DNA of 64,000 bases from Octopus vulgaris (taxonomy: Eukaryota). The position numbers and the translations under genes were made by a program. A model generated the notes under the pieces. That model ran no database searches, had not been told where the DNA came from, and saw nothing but the letters and a program-made list of their open reading frames with translations. Where the stretch lies: positions 80,104,001-80,168,000 of the forward strand of contig OX597825.1 in assembly GCA_951406725.2 (NCBI GenBank), in the 5' to 3' direction. Positions 38,564-51,760 of this stretch are shown piece after piece (position 1 is the stretch's first letter; each line of letters starts with the position of its first letter).

Positions 38564-40525
38564 TGAAAAACTTTTTGTACTGCTTCTCATATAATTGTCT
38601 TTCATAGAATTATGACCATGACGAAAGATTTTTTTTTCCCAATTGTTCAAGGTTTTTGCTGTGTTTTTGTTAGAACACCTTGCCCTTCCCCTTCATTGCT
38701 GCTTTCAATGTGCTCAAAGTTTACCGAAAAGTCACCCTCTGACAGCATATACACGCCTGAAACATCGCTCTTGTCACCATAATCACTATTACAGTCAAGG
38801 CCAGGATCCATGGAATCACTCCAATGCAAAATAAACTGAAAATATCAAGCTTTGGAGATCGTAGAAGCAAGCATAGCACAGAATACGAACTCGCGACAAA
38901 CGCTAAATCTTCATGCACACAAAAATATAGGGAATTGTTGTATTCATTTGGAAAGAGATTGCATGATGAATAATTAAGCCATCTTTCGGCTGAAATTTAA
39001 TGTTGTACAATTTTTGAAATTCTGATAATCTCTTTCCAATTAAGAATTATGGTAAGTTAATTGACTATTTGAATCTGAATTTTTGTTCTTTTTATTTCAA
39101 TAAAACGGGTGGGTGTTCTTGGCTCACTTTGCTTAAATCAGTTTCAAAGAATCGGTTTTTATATTTTATCACAAATTAGATACTTGTAACTAGTAACAGC
39201 AGGGAGGCCTAAGTCATTTTCTTTCACTAGTTAAGATATACTACTTATACACAGAGCAGGGTTTAATATGGTGTCTAGTTTTAGATCTTGTGACTTCATA
39301 TATTTTTGTATTATTTATTTTGCAGATAGTTTCTATAACACTCTTACTACTTGTGATTTGCAGCTATGTAATCCTATCATATGGTTCTTCTTTTGTGTTC
39401 AATAAATTACAGTTTTTTTTTTGTTTTTTTTTTTGAAAATCAATAATATTGTTATATAAGTGAATTGAGCATGTTTGGAACAGAACTGATGACATAAGTA
39501 TTTCACTGGTTTTTGGATGGAGATTTTATGATGATTTTTTTCGGCTGAACCAGAATGATTCATAATCTTCCGAATTCTGATGGTCCCTTCCAAATAGTAT
39601 AACATTTTATGCTAAAGGTAGAACTTAGTAGTCGCTTTATATTGTCCTCAGTTTCCTGTGTTTCGTTAAGATAGGAATTTGTTTACAGGTCAACTGGATA
39701 TAAATTAGATTCTATTTTGTATATTGTTACAAGAGAGCTTTTGTGTTTTCTGGCCAATGAGGTTGTCTTCAAACTAAGGAGAGAAATCATCTTTGTTTAT
39801 ACAAATACATCTTTGAAATGTCTGTATAGTTGCCAAAAGCAGGATGATGAACATATAAATTGTAATTGCTGAATATGTAGTCATGATACCAGTATGTCAT
39901 AGTTACGCTGACTGCTTTTCAGTATATTGTTTACCCATGCAAACCACAGCCACACGCACGCTAATGAGGACAACATGAAACCTTCAAATCTCTTTGGAAA
40001 TTTCTGTGAGTGTTCATACATTCAGAATTACAAAAAACATCTAAAAATATGTTATTACCTATCATTTCATGGAAAATAAATATCTATATTTTACCATCGC
40101 TACTACTGCCCTCATTGTCATGTTCACATAATTTACCTCCATCATTGCTGCTTTCAATGTGCTCAAAGTTCACCAAAAAGTCACCCTCTGACAGCATATA
40201 CACGCCTGAAACATCACTCTTGTCACCATAATCACTATTAGAGTCAAGGCCAGGATCCATTGAATCACTCCAAATGCAAAATAAACTGAAAATATCAAGC
40301 TTTGGAGATCGTAGAAGCAAGCATAGCACAGAATACGAACTTGCGACAAACGCTAAATCTTCATGCACACAAAAATATAGGGAATTGTTGTATTCATTTG
40401 GAAAGAGATTGCATGATGAATAATTAAGCCATCTTTCGGCTGAAATTTAATGTTGTACAATTTTTGAAATTCTGATAATCTCTTTCCAATTAAGAATTAT
40501 GGTAAGTTAATTGACTATTTGAATC

Positions 40526-41373
40526 TCTTCTGGATGTGTAATGTCAGCGTGCATACACAACAGAGTGTAAGCACCCTGAGAGAAAAGTTGGATTTAAGAA
40601 GCATCAGATGTGGTGTGCAAGAGAGACGGCTGCACTGGTATAGTTATGTGTTGCGAATGAATGAGGACAGATGTGTGAAAAAGTGTCACACCCTAGCAGT
40701 TAAGGGAACCTGTGGAAGAGGTAGACCCAGGAAAACCTGGGATGAGGTGGTGAAGCACAACCTTTAAACATTGGGCCTCACCAAGGCACTGACAAGTGAC
40801 CGAGACCTTTGGAGATATGCTGTGCTTGCGAAGACCCGGCAAGTCGAGACCATAACAATTGCCTATGCCAGTGCTGTATAACCAGCCCATTTAAGATTAC
40901 CCTTCAATCATTGGACAATAAACTATGCTTGCGAAGACCTGTTGAGGTAAGTGAAATTGCTGTCATGGCCAATGACAGTACCACTTGATAAGCACCAGTG
41001 TCACGATTAGAAGCACAATTCGAGCGTGATTGTTGCCAGGCCCGCTGACTGGCTCCTGTGCCAGTGGCACGTACAAAAGAACTATTCTAGTGTGGTCATT
41101 GCCAGTGCCGCCAGACTGGCTCCTGTGCAGATAGCACATAAAAAGCTCTATTTGAGCATAGCCAATGCCAGTACCGCCTGACTGGCCCTCGTTCCAGTGG
41201 TACGTAAAAGTACCAACTATGCTCTCAGAGTGGTTGGCGTTAGGAAGGGCATCCAGCTGTAGAAACTTTGCAGATCAGATTGGAGACTGGTGCAGACTTC
41301 TGGCTCACCAGCCCTCAGTCAAACTGTCCAACCCATGCCAGCATGGAAAGCGGACATTAAATGATGATGGTGA
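40526..41373 (+). mobile_element. RTE LINE 3' end (repeated in each B unit: ~43172, 45970, 48735)
   Basis: WMCNVSV...LREKLDLRSIRCGVQERRLHWY...GRGRPRKTWDEVVK plus the 3' tail ending ATGATGATG. Confidence 0.9.
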
Positions 41374-41651
41374 TGTTAACAGTTGTAAGCTTGACAATGA
41401 AATATTATGCTTTTCAATAGACTTCAAGACCAATTTGTTGCATATCAGTCTGTTTCTGTTATCTTTTGCTGTTTATATAATCAGGTCAGCACTGATACCA
41501 AGAAGGTACTCGTTCAAAGTTCTTTTTGTCTTTCATTTTGTGAAGAAATCCAGATTGTGGAAGTAAGAAAGCAGTTATATTTTTTCTTCATTTTGCATTA
41601 CTTGTATTGCATATATTTGTGTATTTATATATATATATATGTATGTGTGTT

Positions 41652-41716
<65 letters not shown>

Positions 41717-41801
41717 ATGCGTACATATATATTTATATATATGTATATATACATATATGTATGTACATATATATATGTACAATTTCATATATATATGTAT
41801 A

Positions 41802-42243
41802 CTAGCAGTATTGCCCAGCTCAACGGGGATTTCAGGGGAGAGTTTCAGGGAGTCGCTGACGATGTATCATGATGATCTAAAATTTGGTTAAAGTGATTCA
41901 AACTGCAGACTCAACGCAAAATGGTCACATATCTTGATTTTTTTTTTTTTTTTCATGCAATTTACGCATGCTTGCACGCGTGGTGAACACAGTTCATGTC
42001 AAACAGCTGACTGAGTAAAGTTTCCTATTCAATGCATGGGATAAGGCCTAAACAAACACATCGATGTTTCACTTGCAAGATGAATTTCGGAACAGAAATA
42101 GCGCAGTTCAATTTTCATTCGCCTAAACTTTAAGTGACCCATTTTTGGTGGTTCTACAATTTGTTGGCTAGGAGGAGATGTGCCAGGAAGTTAAGCACAC
42201 AGATACACACACAGACACACAAGTTGAGTTTTATATATATAGA
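41802..42243 (-). mobile_element. Non-autonomous Helitron (also 44456-45046, 47224-47810, 50238-50826)
   Basis: Minus strand A|TCTATATATATAAAACTC...(GT)-rich leader...CTAG|T: 5'-TC, 3'-CTAG, inserted at AT with no TSD. The first copy has a ~150-bp internal deletion. Confidence 0.7.
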
Positions 42244-44293
42244 TATGTATGTTGTTTGTGTGTGTGTATATCATCATCATCATCGTTTAGCGTCCGCTTT
42301 CCATGCTGGCATGGGTTGGACGGTGCAACTGGGGTCTGGGAAGCCAGAAGGCTGCACCAAACCCAGTCTGATCTGGCAATGTTTCTACGGCTGGATGCCC
42401 TTCCTATCGCCAACCACTCCATGAGTGTAGTGGGTGCTTTTTACGTGCCAGACGAGGCTGGCAAACGGCCACGATCAGATGGTGCCTTTTACATGCCATT
42501 GGCACGTATATATATAGTGTCTTCTAAAATAGGCTCGGGCTGACCAAGTTACGCTGACTGCTTTTCGGTATATTGTTTACCCATGCAAACCACAGCCACA
42601 CGCACGCTAATGAGGACAACATGAAACCTTCAAATCTCTTTGGAAATTTCTGTGAGTGTCCGTACATTCAGAATTACAAAAAACATCTAAAAATATGTTA
42701 TTACCTATCATTTCATGGAAAATAAATATCTATATTTTACCATCGCTACTACTGCCCTCATTGTCATGTTCACATAATTTACCTCCATCATTGCTGCTTT
42801 CAATGTGCTCAAAGTTCACCGAAAAAGTCACCTTCTGACAGCATATACATGCCTGAAACATCACTCTTGTCACCATAATCACTATTAGAGTCAAGGCCAG
42901 GATCCATGGAATCACTCCAATGCAAAATAAACTGAAAATATCAAGCTTTGGAGATCGTAGAAGCAAGCATAGCACAGAATACGAACTTGCGACAAACGCT
43001 AAATCTTCATGCACACAAAAATATAGGGAATTGTTGTATTCATTTGGAAAGAGATTGCATGATGAATAATTAAGCCATCTTTCGGCTGAAATTTAATGTT
43101 GTACAATTTTTTAAATTCTGATAATCTCTTTCCAATTAAGAATTATGGTCAGTTAATTGACTATTTGAATCTCTTCTGGATGTGTAATGTCAGCGTGCAT
43201 ACACAACAGAGTGTAAGCACCCTGAGAGAAAAGTTGGATTTAAGAAGCATCAGATGTGGTGTGCAAGAGAGACGGCTGCACTGGTATAGTTATGTGTTGC
43301 GAATGAATGAGGACAGATGTGTGAAAAAGTGTCACACCCTAGCAGTTAAGGGAACCTGTGGAAGAGGTAGACCCAGGAAAACCTGGGATGAGGTGGTGAA
43401 GCACAACCTTTAAACATTGGGCCTCACCAAGGCTCTGACAAGTGACCGAGACCTTTGGAGATATGCTGTGCTTGCGAAGACCCGGCAAGTCGAGACCATA
43501 ACAATTGCCTATGCCAGTGCTGTATAACCAGCCCATTTAAGATTACCCTTCAATCATTGGACAATAAACTATGCTTGCGAAGACCTGTTGAGGTAAGTGA
43601 AATTGCTGTCGTGGCCAATGACAGTACCACTTGATAGGCACCAGTGTCACGACTAGAAGCACAATTCGAGCGTGATTGTTGCCAGGGCCGCTGACTGGCT
43701 CCTGTGCCAGTGGAACGTGCAAAAGAACTATTCTAGTGTGGTCATTGCCAGTGCCGCCAGACTGGCTCCTGTGCAGATAGCACATAAAAAGCTCTATTTG
43801 AGCATAGCCAATGCCAGTACCGCCTGACTGGCCCTCGTTCCAGTGGTACGTAAAAGTACCAACTATGCTCTCAGAGTGGTTGGCATTAGGAAGGGCATCC
43901 AGCTGTAGAAACTTTGCAGATCAGATTGGAGACTGGTGCAGACTTCTGGCTCACCAGCCCTCAGTCAAACTGTCCAACCCATGCCAGCATGGAAAGCAGA
44001 CATTAAATGATGATGGTGATGTTAACAGTTGTAAGCTTGACAATGAAATATTATGCTTTTCAATAGACTTCAAGACCAATTTGTTGCATATCAGTCTGTT
44101 TCTGTTATCTTTTGCTGTTTATATAATCAGGTCAGCACTGATACCAAGAAGGTACTCGTTCAAAGTTCTTTTTGTCTTTCATTTTGTGAAGAAATCCAGA
44201 TTGTGGAAGTAAGAAAGCAGTTATATTTTTTCTTCATTTTGCATTACTTGTATTGCATATATTTGTGTCTTAATATATATATGTATGTGTTTT

Positions 44294-44350
<57 letters not shown>

Positions 44351-44377
44351 ATGCGTACATATATATTTATATATATG

Positions 44378-44415
<38 letters not shown>

Positions 44416-47091
44416 TATATGTACATATATGTACAATTTCATATATATATGTATACTAGTACTATTGCTTGTTCAGCACAACGGGGATTTCAGGGGAGAG
44501 TTTCAGGGAGTCGCTGACGATGTATCATGATGATCTAAAATTTGGTTAAAGTGATTCAAAATGCAGACTCAACGCAAAATGGTCACATTTAATTCAAAGC
44601 GTTAAAAATGTTATGAAAACAATTGGTATGCGTTCACAAAGTTCAAACGATTAATACAAAAAACCCTCCAGGCTACATCCTGAAAATTCATATTCTTTGC
44701 CGAATTTCTACAATGTTTACAGCGATTCGTTTTTATATCTTGATTTTTTTTTTTTTCATGCAATTTACGCATGCTTGCACGCGTGGTGAACACAGTTCAT
44801 GTCAAACAGCTGACTGAGTAAAGTTCCCTATTCAATGCATGGGATAAGGCCTAAACAAACACATCGATGTTTCACTTGCAAGATGAATTTCGGAACAGAA
44901 ATAGCGCAGTTCAATTTTCATTCGCCTAAACTTTAAGTGACCCATTTTTGGTGGTTCTACAATTTGTTGGCTAGGAGGAGATGTGCCAGGAAGTTAAGCA
45001 CACAGATACACACACAGACACACAAGTTGAGTTTTATATGTATAGATATGTATGTTGTTTGTGTGTGTGTATATCATCATCATCGTTTAGCATCTGCTTT
45101 CCATGCTGGCATGGGTTGGACGGTGCAACTGGGGTTTGGGAAGCCAGAAGGTTGCACCAGACCCAGTCTGATCTGGCAATGTTTCTACGGCTGGATGCCC
45201 TTCCTAACGCCAACCACTCCATGAGTGTAGTGGGTGCTTTTTACGTGCCAGACGAGGCTGGCAAACGGCCACGATCGGATGGTGCCTTTTACATGCCACT
45301 GGCACGTATATATATAGTGTCTTCTAAAATAGGCTCGGGCTGACCAAGTTACGCTGACTGCTTTTCGGTATATTGTTTACCCATGCAAACCACAGCCACA
45401 CGCACGCTAATGAGGACAACATGAAACCTTCAAATCTCTTTGGAAATTTCTGTGAGTGTCCGTACATTCAGAATTACAAAAAACATCTAAAAATATGTTA
45501 TTACCTATCATTTCATAGAAAATAAATATCTATATTTTACCATCGCTACTACTGCCCTCATTGTCATGTTCACATAATTTACCTCCATCATTGCTGCTTT
45601 CAATGTGCTCAAAGTTCACCGAAAAGTCACCCTCTGACAGCATATACATGCCTGAAACATCACTCTTGTCACCATAATCACTATTAGAGTCAAGGCCAGG
45701 ATCCATGGAATCACTCAAATGCAAAATAAACTGAAAATATCAAGCTTTGGAGATCGTAGAAGCAAGCATAGCACAGAATACGAACTTGCGACAAACGCTA
45801 AATCTTCATGCACACAAAATATAGGGAATTGTTGTATTCATTTGGAAAGAGATTGCATGATGAATAATTAAGCCATCTTTCGGCTGAAATTTAATGTTGT
45901 ACAATTTTTGAAATTCTGATAATCTCTTTCCAATTAAGAATTATGGTCAGTTAATTGACTATTTGAATCTCTTCTGGATGTGTAATGTCAGCGTGCATAC
46001 ACAACAGAGTGTAAGCACCCTGAGAGAAAAGTTGGATTTAAGAAGCATCAGATGTGGTGTGCAAGAGAGACGGCTGCACTGGTATAGTTATGTGTTGCGA
46101 ATGAATGAGGACAGATGTGTGAAAAAGTGTCACACCCTAGCAGTTAAGGGAACCTGTGGAAGAGGTAGACCCAGGAAAACCTGGGATGAGGTGGTGAAGC
46201 ACAACCTTTAAACATTGGGCCTCACCAAGGCTCTGACAAGTGACCGAGACCTTTGGAGATATGCTGTGCTTGCGAAGACCCGGCAAGTCGAGACCATAAC
46301 AATTGCCTATGCCAGTGCTGTATAACCAGCCCATTTAAGATTACCCTTCAATCATTGGACAATAAACTATGCTTGCGAAGACCTGTTGAGGTAAGTGAAA
46401 TTGCTGTCGTGGCCAATGACAGTACCACTTGATAGGCACCAGTGTCACGACTAGAAGCACAATTCGAGCGTGATTGTTGCCAGGGCCGCTGACTGGCTCC
46501 TGTGCCAGTGGAACGTGCAAAAGAACTATTCTAGTGTGGTCATTGCCAGTGCCGCCAGACTGGCTCCTGTGCAGATAGCACATAAAAAGCTCTATTTGAG
46601 CATAGCCAATGCCAGTACCGCCTGACTGGCCCTCGTTCCAGTGGTACGTAAAAGTACCAACTATGCTCTCAGAGTGGTTGGCATTAGGAAGGGCATCCAG
46701 CTGTAGAAACTTTGCAGATCAGATTGGAGACTGGTGCAGACTTCTGGCTCACCAGCCCTCAGTCAAACTGTCCAACCCATGCCAGCATGGAAAGCAGACA
46801 TTAAATGATGATGGTGATGTTAACAGTTGTAAGCTTGACAATGAAATATTATGCTTTTCAATAGACTTCAAGACCAATTTGTTGCATATCAGTCTGTTTC
46901 TGTTATCTTTTGCTGTTTATATAATCAGGTCAGCACTGATACCAAGAAGGTACTCGTTCAAAGTTCTTTTTGTCTTTCATTTTGTGAAGAAATCCAGATT
47001 GTGGAAGTAAGAAAGCAGTTATATTTTTTCTTCATTTTGCATTACTTGTATTGCATATATTTGTGTCTTAATATATATATGTATGTGTTTT

Positions 47092-47142
<51 letters not shown>

Positions 47143-49839
47143 ATGCGTACATATATATTTATATATATGTATATATACATATATGTATGTACATATATGT
47201 ACAATTTCATATATATATGTATACTAGTACTATTGCTTGGCACAACGGGGATTTCAGGGGAGAGTTTCAGGGAGTCGCTGACGATGTATCATGATGATCT
47301 AAAATTTGGTTAAAGTGATTCAAAATGCAGACTCAACGCAAAATGGTCACATTTAATTCAAAGCGTTAAAAATGTTATGAAAACAATTGGTATGCGTTCA
47401 CAAAGTTCAAACGATTAATACAAAAAACCCTCCAGGCTACATCCTGAAAATTCATATTCTTTGCCGAATTTCTACAATGTTTACAGCGATTCGTTTTTAT
47501 ATCTTGATTTTTTTTTTTTTCATGGAATTTACGCATGCTTGCACGCGTGGTGAACACAGTTCATGTCAAACAGCTGACTGAGTAAAGTTCCCTATTCAAT
47601 GCATGGGATAAGGCCTAAACAAACACATCGATGTTTCACTTGCAAGATGAATTTCGGAACAGAAATAGCGCAGTTCAATTTTCATTCGCCTAAACTTTAA
47701 GTGACCCATTTTTGGTGGTTCTACAATTTGTTGGCTAGGAGGAGATGTGCCAGGAAGTTAAGCACACAGATACACACACAGACACACAAGTTGAGTTTTA
47801 TATGTATAGATATGTATGTTGTTTGTGTGTGTGTATATCATCATCATCGTTTAGCATCCGCTTTCCATGCTGGCATGGGTTGGACGGTGCAACTGGGGTT
47901 TGGGAAGCCAGAAGGTTGCACCAGACCCAGTCTGATCTGGCAATGTTTCTACGGCTGGATGCCCTTCCTAACGCCAACCACTCCATGAGTGTAGTGGGTG
48001 CTTTTTACGTGCCAGACGAGGCTGGCAAACGGCCACGATCGGATGGTGCCTTTTACATGCCACTGGCACGTATATATATAGTGTCTTCTAAAATAGGCTC
48101 GGGCTGACCAAGTTACGCTGACTGCTTTTCGGTATATTGTTTACCCATGCAAACCACAGCCACACGCACGCTAATGAGGACAACATGAAACCTTCAAATC
48201 TCTTTGGAAATTTCTGTGAGTGTCCGTACATTCAGAATTACAAAAAACATCTAAAAATATGTTATTACCTATCATTTCATAGAAAATAAATATCTATATT
48301 TTACCATCGCTACTACTGCCCTCATTGTCATGTTCACATAATTTACCTCCATCATTGCTGCTTTCAATGTGCTCAAAGTTCACCGAAAAGTCACCCTCTG
48401 ACAGCATATACATGCCTGAAACATCACTCTTGTCACCATAATCACTATTAGAGTCAAGGCCAGGATCCATGGAATCACTCAAATGCAAAATAAACTGAAA
48501 ATATCAAGCTTTGGAGATCGTAGAAGCAAGCATAGCACAGAATACGAACTCACGACAAACGCTAAATCTTCATGCACACAACAATATAGGGAATTGTTGT
48601 ATTCATTTGGAAAGAGATTGCATGATGAATAATTAAGCCATCTTTCGGCTGAAATTTAATGTTGTACAATTTTTGAAATTCTGATAATCTCTTTCCAGTT
48701 AAGAATTATGGTCAGTTAATTGACTATTTGAATCTCTTCTGGATGTGTAATGTCAGCGTGCATACACAACAGAGTGTAAGCACCCTGAGAGAAAAGTTGG
48801 ATTTAAGAAGCATCAGATGTGGTGTGCAAGAGAGACGGCTGCACTGGTATAGTTATGTGTTGCGAATGAATGAGGACAGATGTGTGAAAAAGTGTCACAC
48901 CCTAGCAGTTAAGGGAACCTGTGGAAGAGGTAGACCCAGGAAAACCTGGGATGAGGTGGTGAAGCACAACCTTTAAACATTGGGCCTCACCAAGGCTCTG
49001 ACAAGTGACCGAGACCTTTGGAGATATGCTGTGCTTGCGAAGACCCGGCAAGTCGAGACCATAACAATTGCCTATACCAGTGCTGTATAACCAGCCCATT
49101 TAAGATTACCCTTCAATCATTGGACAATAAACTATGCTTGCGAAGACCTGTTGAGGTAAGTGAAATTGCTGTCGTGGCCAATGACAGTACCACTTGATAG
49201 GCACCAGTGTCAGTGGAACATTAGAAGCATGATTCGAGTGTGATTGTTGCCAGGGCCGCTGACTGGCTCCTGTGCCAGTGGCACGTACAAAAGAACTATT
49301 CTAGTGTGGTCATTGCCAGTGCCGCCAGACTGGCTCCTGTGCAGATAGCACATAAAAAGCTCTATTTGAGCATAGCCAATGCCAGTACCGCCTGACTGGC
49401 CCTCGTTCCAGTGGTACGTAAAAGTACCAACTATGCTCTCAGAGTGGTTGGCATTAGGAAGGGCATCCAGCAGTAGAAACTTTGCAGATCAGATTGGAGA
49501 CTGGTGCAGACTTCTGGCTCACCAGCCCTCAGTCAAACTGTCCAACCCATGCCAGCATGGAAAGCGGACATTAAATGATGATGGTGATGTTAACAGTTGT
49601 AAGCTTGACAATGAAATATTATGCTTTTCAATAGACTTCAAGACCAATTTGTTGCATATCAGTCTGTTTCTGTTATCTTTTGCTGTTTATATAATCAGGT
49701 CAGCACTGATACCAAGAAGGTACTCGTTCAAAGTTCTTTTTGTCTTTCATTTTGTGAAGAAATCCAGATTGTGGAAGTAAGAAAGCAGTTATATTTTTTC
49801 TTCATTTTGCATTACTTGTATTGCATATATTTGTGTATT

Positions 49840-50236
49840 TATATATATGTATGTGTGTTTGTGTGTATGTATGTATATATATGTGTGTGTGTGTGTATGT
49901 GTACATATATATTTATATATGTGTATATATATATTTATATATGTGTACATATATATTTATATATGTGTATATATATATTTATATATGTGTACATATATAT
50001 TTATATATGTGTACATATATATTTATATATGTGTACATATATATTTATATATGTGTACATATATATTTATATACGTATACATATATATTTATATATGTAT
50101 ACATATATATTGATATGTGTGTATATATACATATATGTGTATATATACATATACATATATGTGTATATATACATATACTTATATGTGTATATATGTATGT
50201 ACATATACATATGTACAATTTCATATATATATGTAT
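49840..50236. repeat. Expanded microsatellite with ~22-bp higher-order unit (ATATATTTATATATGTGTACAT)
   Basis: Visible; much longer than the orthologous tracts in units B1-B3. Confidence 0.9.
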
Positions 50237-51094
50237 ACTAGTACTATTGCTTGGCACAACGGGGATTTCAGGGGAGAGTTTCAGGGAGTCGCTGACGATG
50301 TATCATGATGATCTAAAATTTGGTTAAAGTGATTCAAACTGCAGACTCAACGCAAAATGGTCACATTTAATTCAAAGCGTTAAAAATGTTATGAAAACAA
50401 TTGGTATGCCTTCACAAAGTTCAAACGATTAATACGAAAAAACCCTCCAGGCTACGTCTCGAAAATTCATTTCTTTGCCGAATTTCTACAATGTTTACAG
50501 CGATTCGTTTTTACATCTTGATTTTTTTTTTTTTTTCATGCAATTTACGCATGCTTGCACGCGTGGTGAACACAGTTCATGTCAAACAGCTGACTGAGTA
50601 AAGTTCACTATTCAATGCATGGGATAAGGCCTAAACAAACACATCAATGTTTCACTTGCAAGATGAATTTCGGAACAGAAATAGCGCAGTTCAATTTTCA
50701 TTCGCCTAAACTTTAAGTGACCCATTTTTGGTGGTTCTACAATTCGTTGGCTAGGAGGAGGTGTGCCAGGAAGTTAAGCACACAGATACACACACAGACA
50801 CACAAGTTGAGTTTTATATATATAGATATGTATGTTGTTTGTGTGTGTGTATATCATCATCATCGTTTAGCGTCCGCTTTCCATGCTGGCATGGGTTGGA
50901 CGGTGCAACTGGGGTCTGGGAAGCCAGAAGGCTGCACCAGACCCAGTCTGATCTGGCAATGTTTCTACGGCTGGATGCCCTTCCTAACGCCAACCACTCC
51001 ATGAGTGTAGTGGGTGCTTTTTACGTGCCAGACGAGGCTGGCAAACGGCCACGATCGGATGGTGCCTTTTACATGCCACTGGCACGTATATATA

Positions 51095-51395
51095 TAGTGT
51101 CTTCTAAAATAGGCTCGGGCTGACCAAAGCCTTGAGAGTGGATTTGGTAGACGGAAACTGAAAGAAGCCCATCGTATATATATATCATCATCATCATCAT
51201 CATCGTTTATGATGATGATGATATATATATATGTGTGTGTATGGTTTGTGCCCCCAACATCGCTTGACAATCGATGCTGGTGTATTTACATCCCTATAAC
51301 TTAGCGCTTCGGCAAAAGAGAACGATAGAATAAGGACTAGGCTTACAAAAAATAAGTCCTGGGGTCGATATGCTCGATTAAAGGCGGTGCTCCAG
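51095..51395 (+). mobile_element. SINE-like element (GACCAAAGCCTTG.GAGTGGATTTGGTAGACGGAAACTG family)
   Basis: Related copies at 53820-54260 (-), 61795-62105 (+) and 6210-6350 (-). Confidence 0.7.
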
Positions 51396-51760
51396 CACCT
51401 ATTCAGATTCCACCTGTCTAACACCCGTGGACATGTTTACAAAGTCAGACAACAGCACAGCTCCCATGACTTCAGGAAACATTTTTTCACACTGAGAGTT
51501 GCTGAAGCATGGAACAAACTGCCGGCATCAGTTGTTAGTTGTCTGAGCACTGCATCCTTCAAAATTTCCATGCTTTCTGAGATTCGCCAACACTACACCT
51601 GATTTTCTGCCCTCCATACACACGCAAGCATGTATCTGACTCGTACACTGTTCGCTTCCCAGACATTTGTACATTACTGCATATGCTTTATACGCACTGA
51701 CTGACAAGTTGTGGTGCACCTGAGCACTGTATACAATAATTTCATTATTATTTATTTTAT
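51396..51760 (+). mobile_element. CR1/L2-type LINE 3' end
   Basis: SNTRGHVYKV...DFRKHFFTLRVAEAWNKLP.SVV is the canonical TRGH...FFxxRVxxxWNxLP C-terminus; (ATT)n tail. Confidence 0.85.

Larger units (their letters stand above)
30020..39450. repeat. Array A: mosaic tandem duplication (piggyBac fragment + flank + RTE hairpin), about 4.5 units
   Basis: Units ~30020-32689, 32690-34656, 34657-36678, 36679-38563 and partial 38564-39450; repeated ORFs offset by 2022-2023 bp (33966/35988) and 5874 bp (32097/37971). Confidence 0.93.
39901..51126. repeat. Array B: four head-to-tail units (~2646, 2800, 2764, 3016 bp)
   Basis: Each unit starts AGTTACGCTGACTGC (39901, 42547, 45347, 48111) and contains a piggyBac fragment, RTE 3' end, microsatellite, Helitron and an inverted RTE-tail. 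The last unit runs into a SINE at 51126. Confidence 0.96.

Noticed and set aside
41020-41215. CRISPR-like repeated palindromic units
   Set aside because: Imperfect subrepeats of the RTE 3' tail with non-unique spacers; eukaryotic context and no cas genes.
39901-51126. Helitron rolling-circle origin for array B
   Set aside because: Array boundaries (39901, 51126) do not coincide with the Helitron TC or CTAG ends; the right boundary lies inside a SINE.
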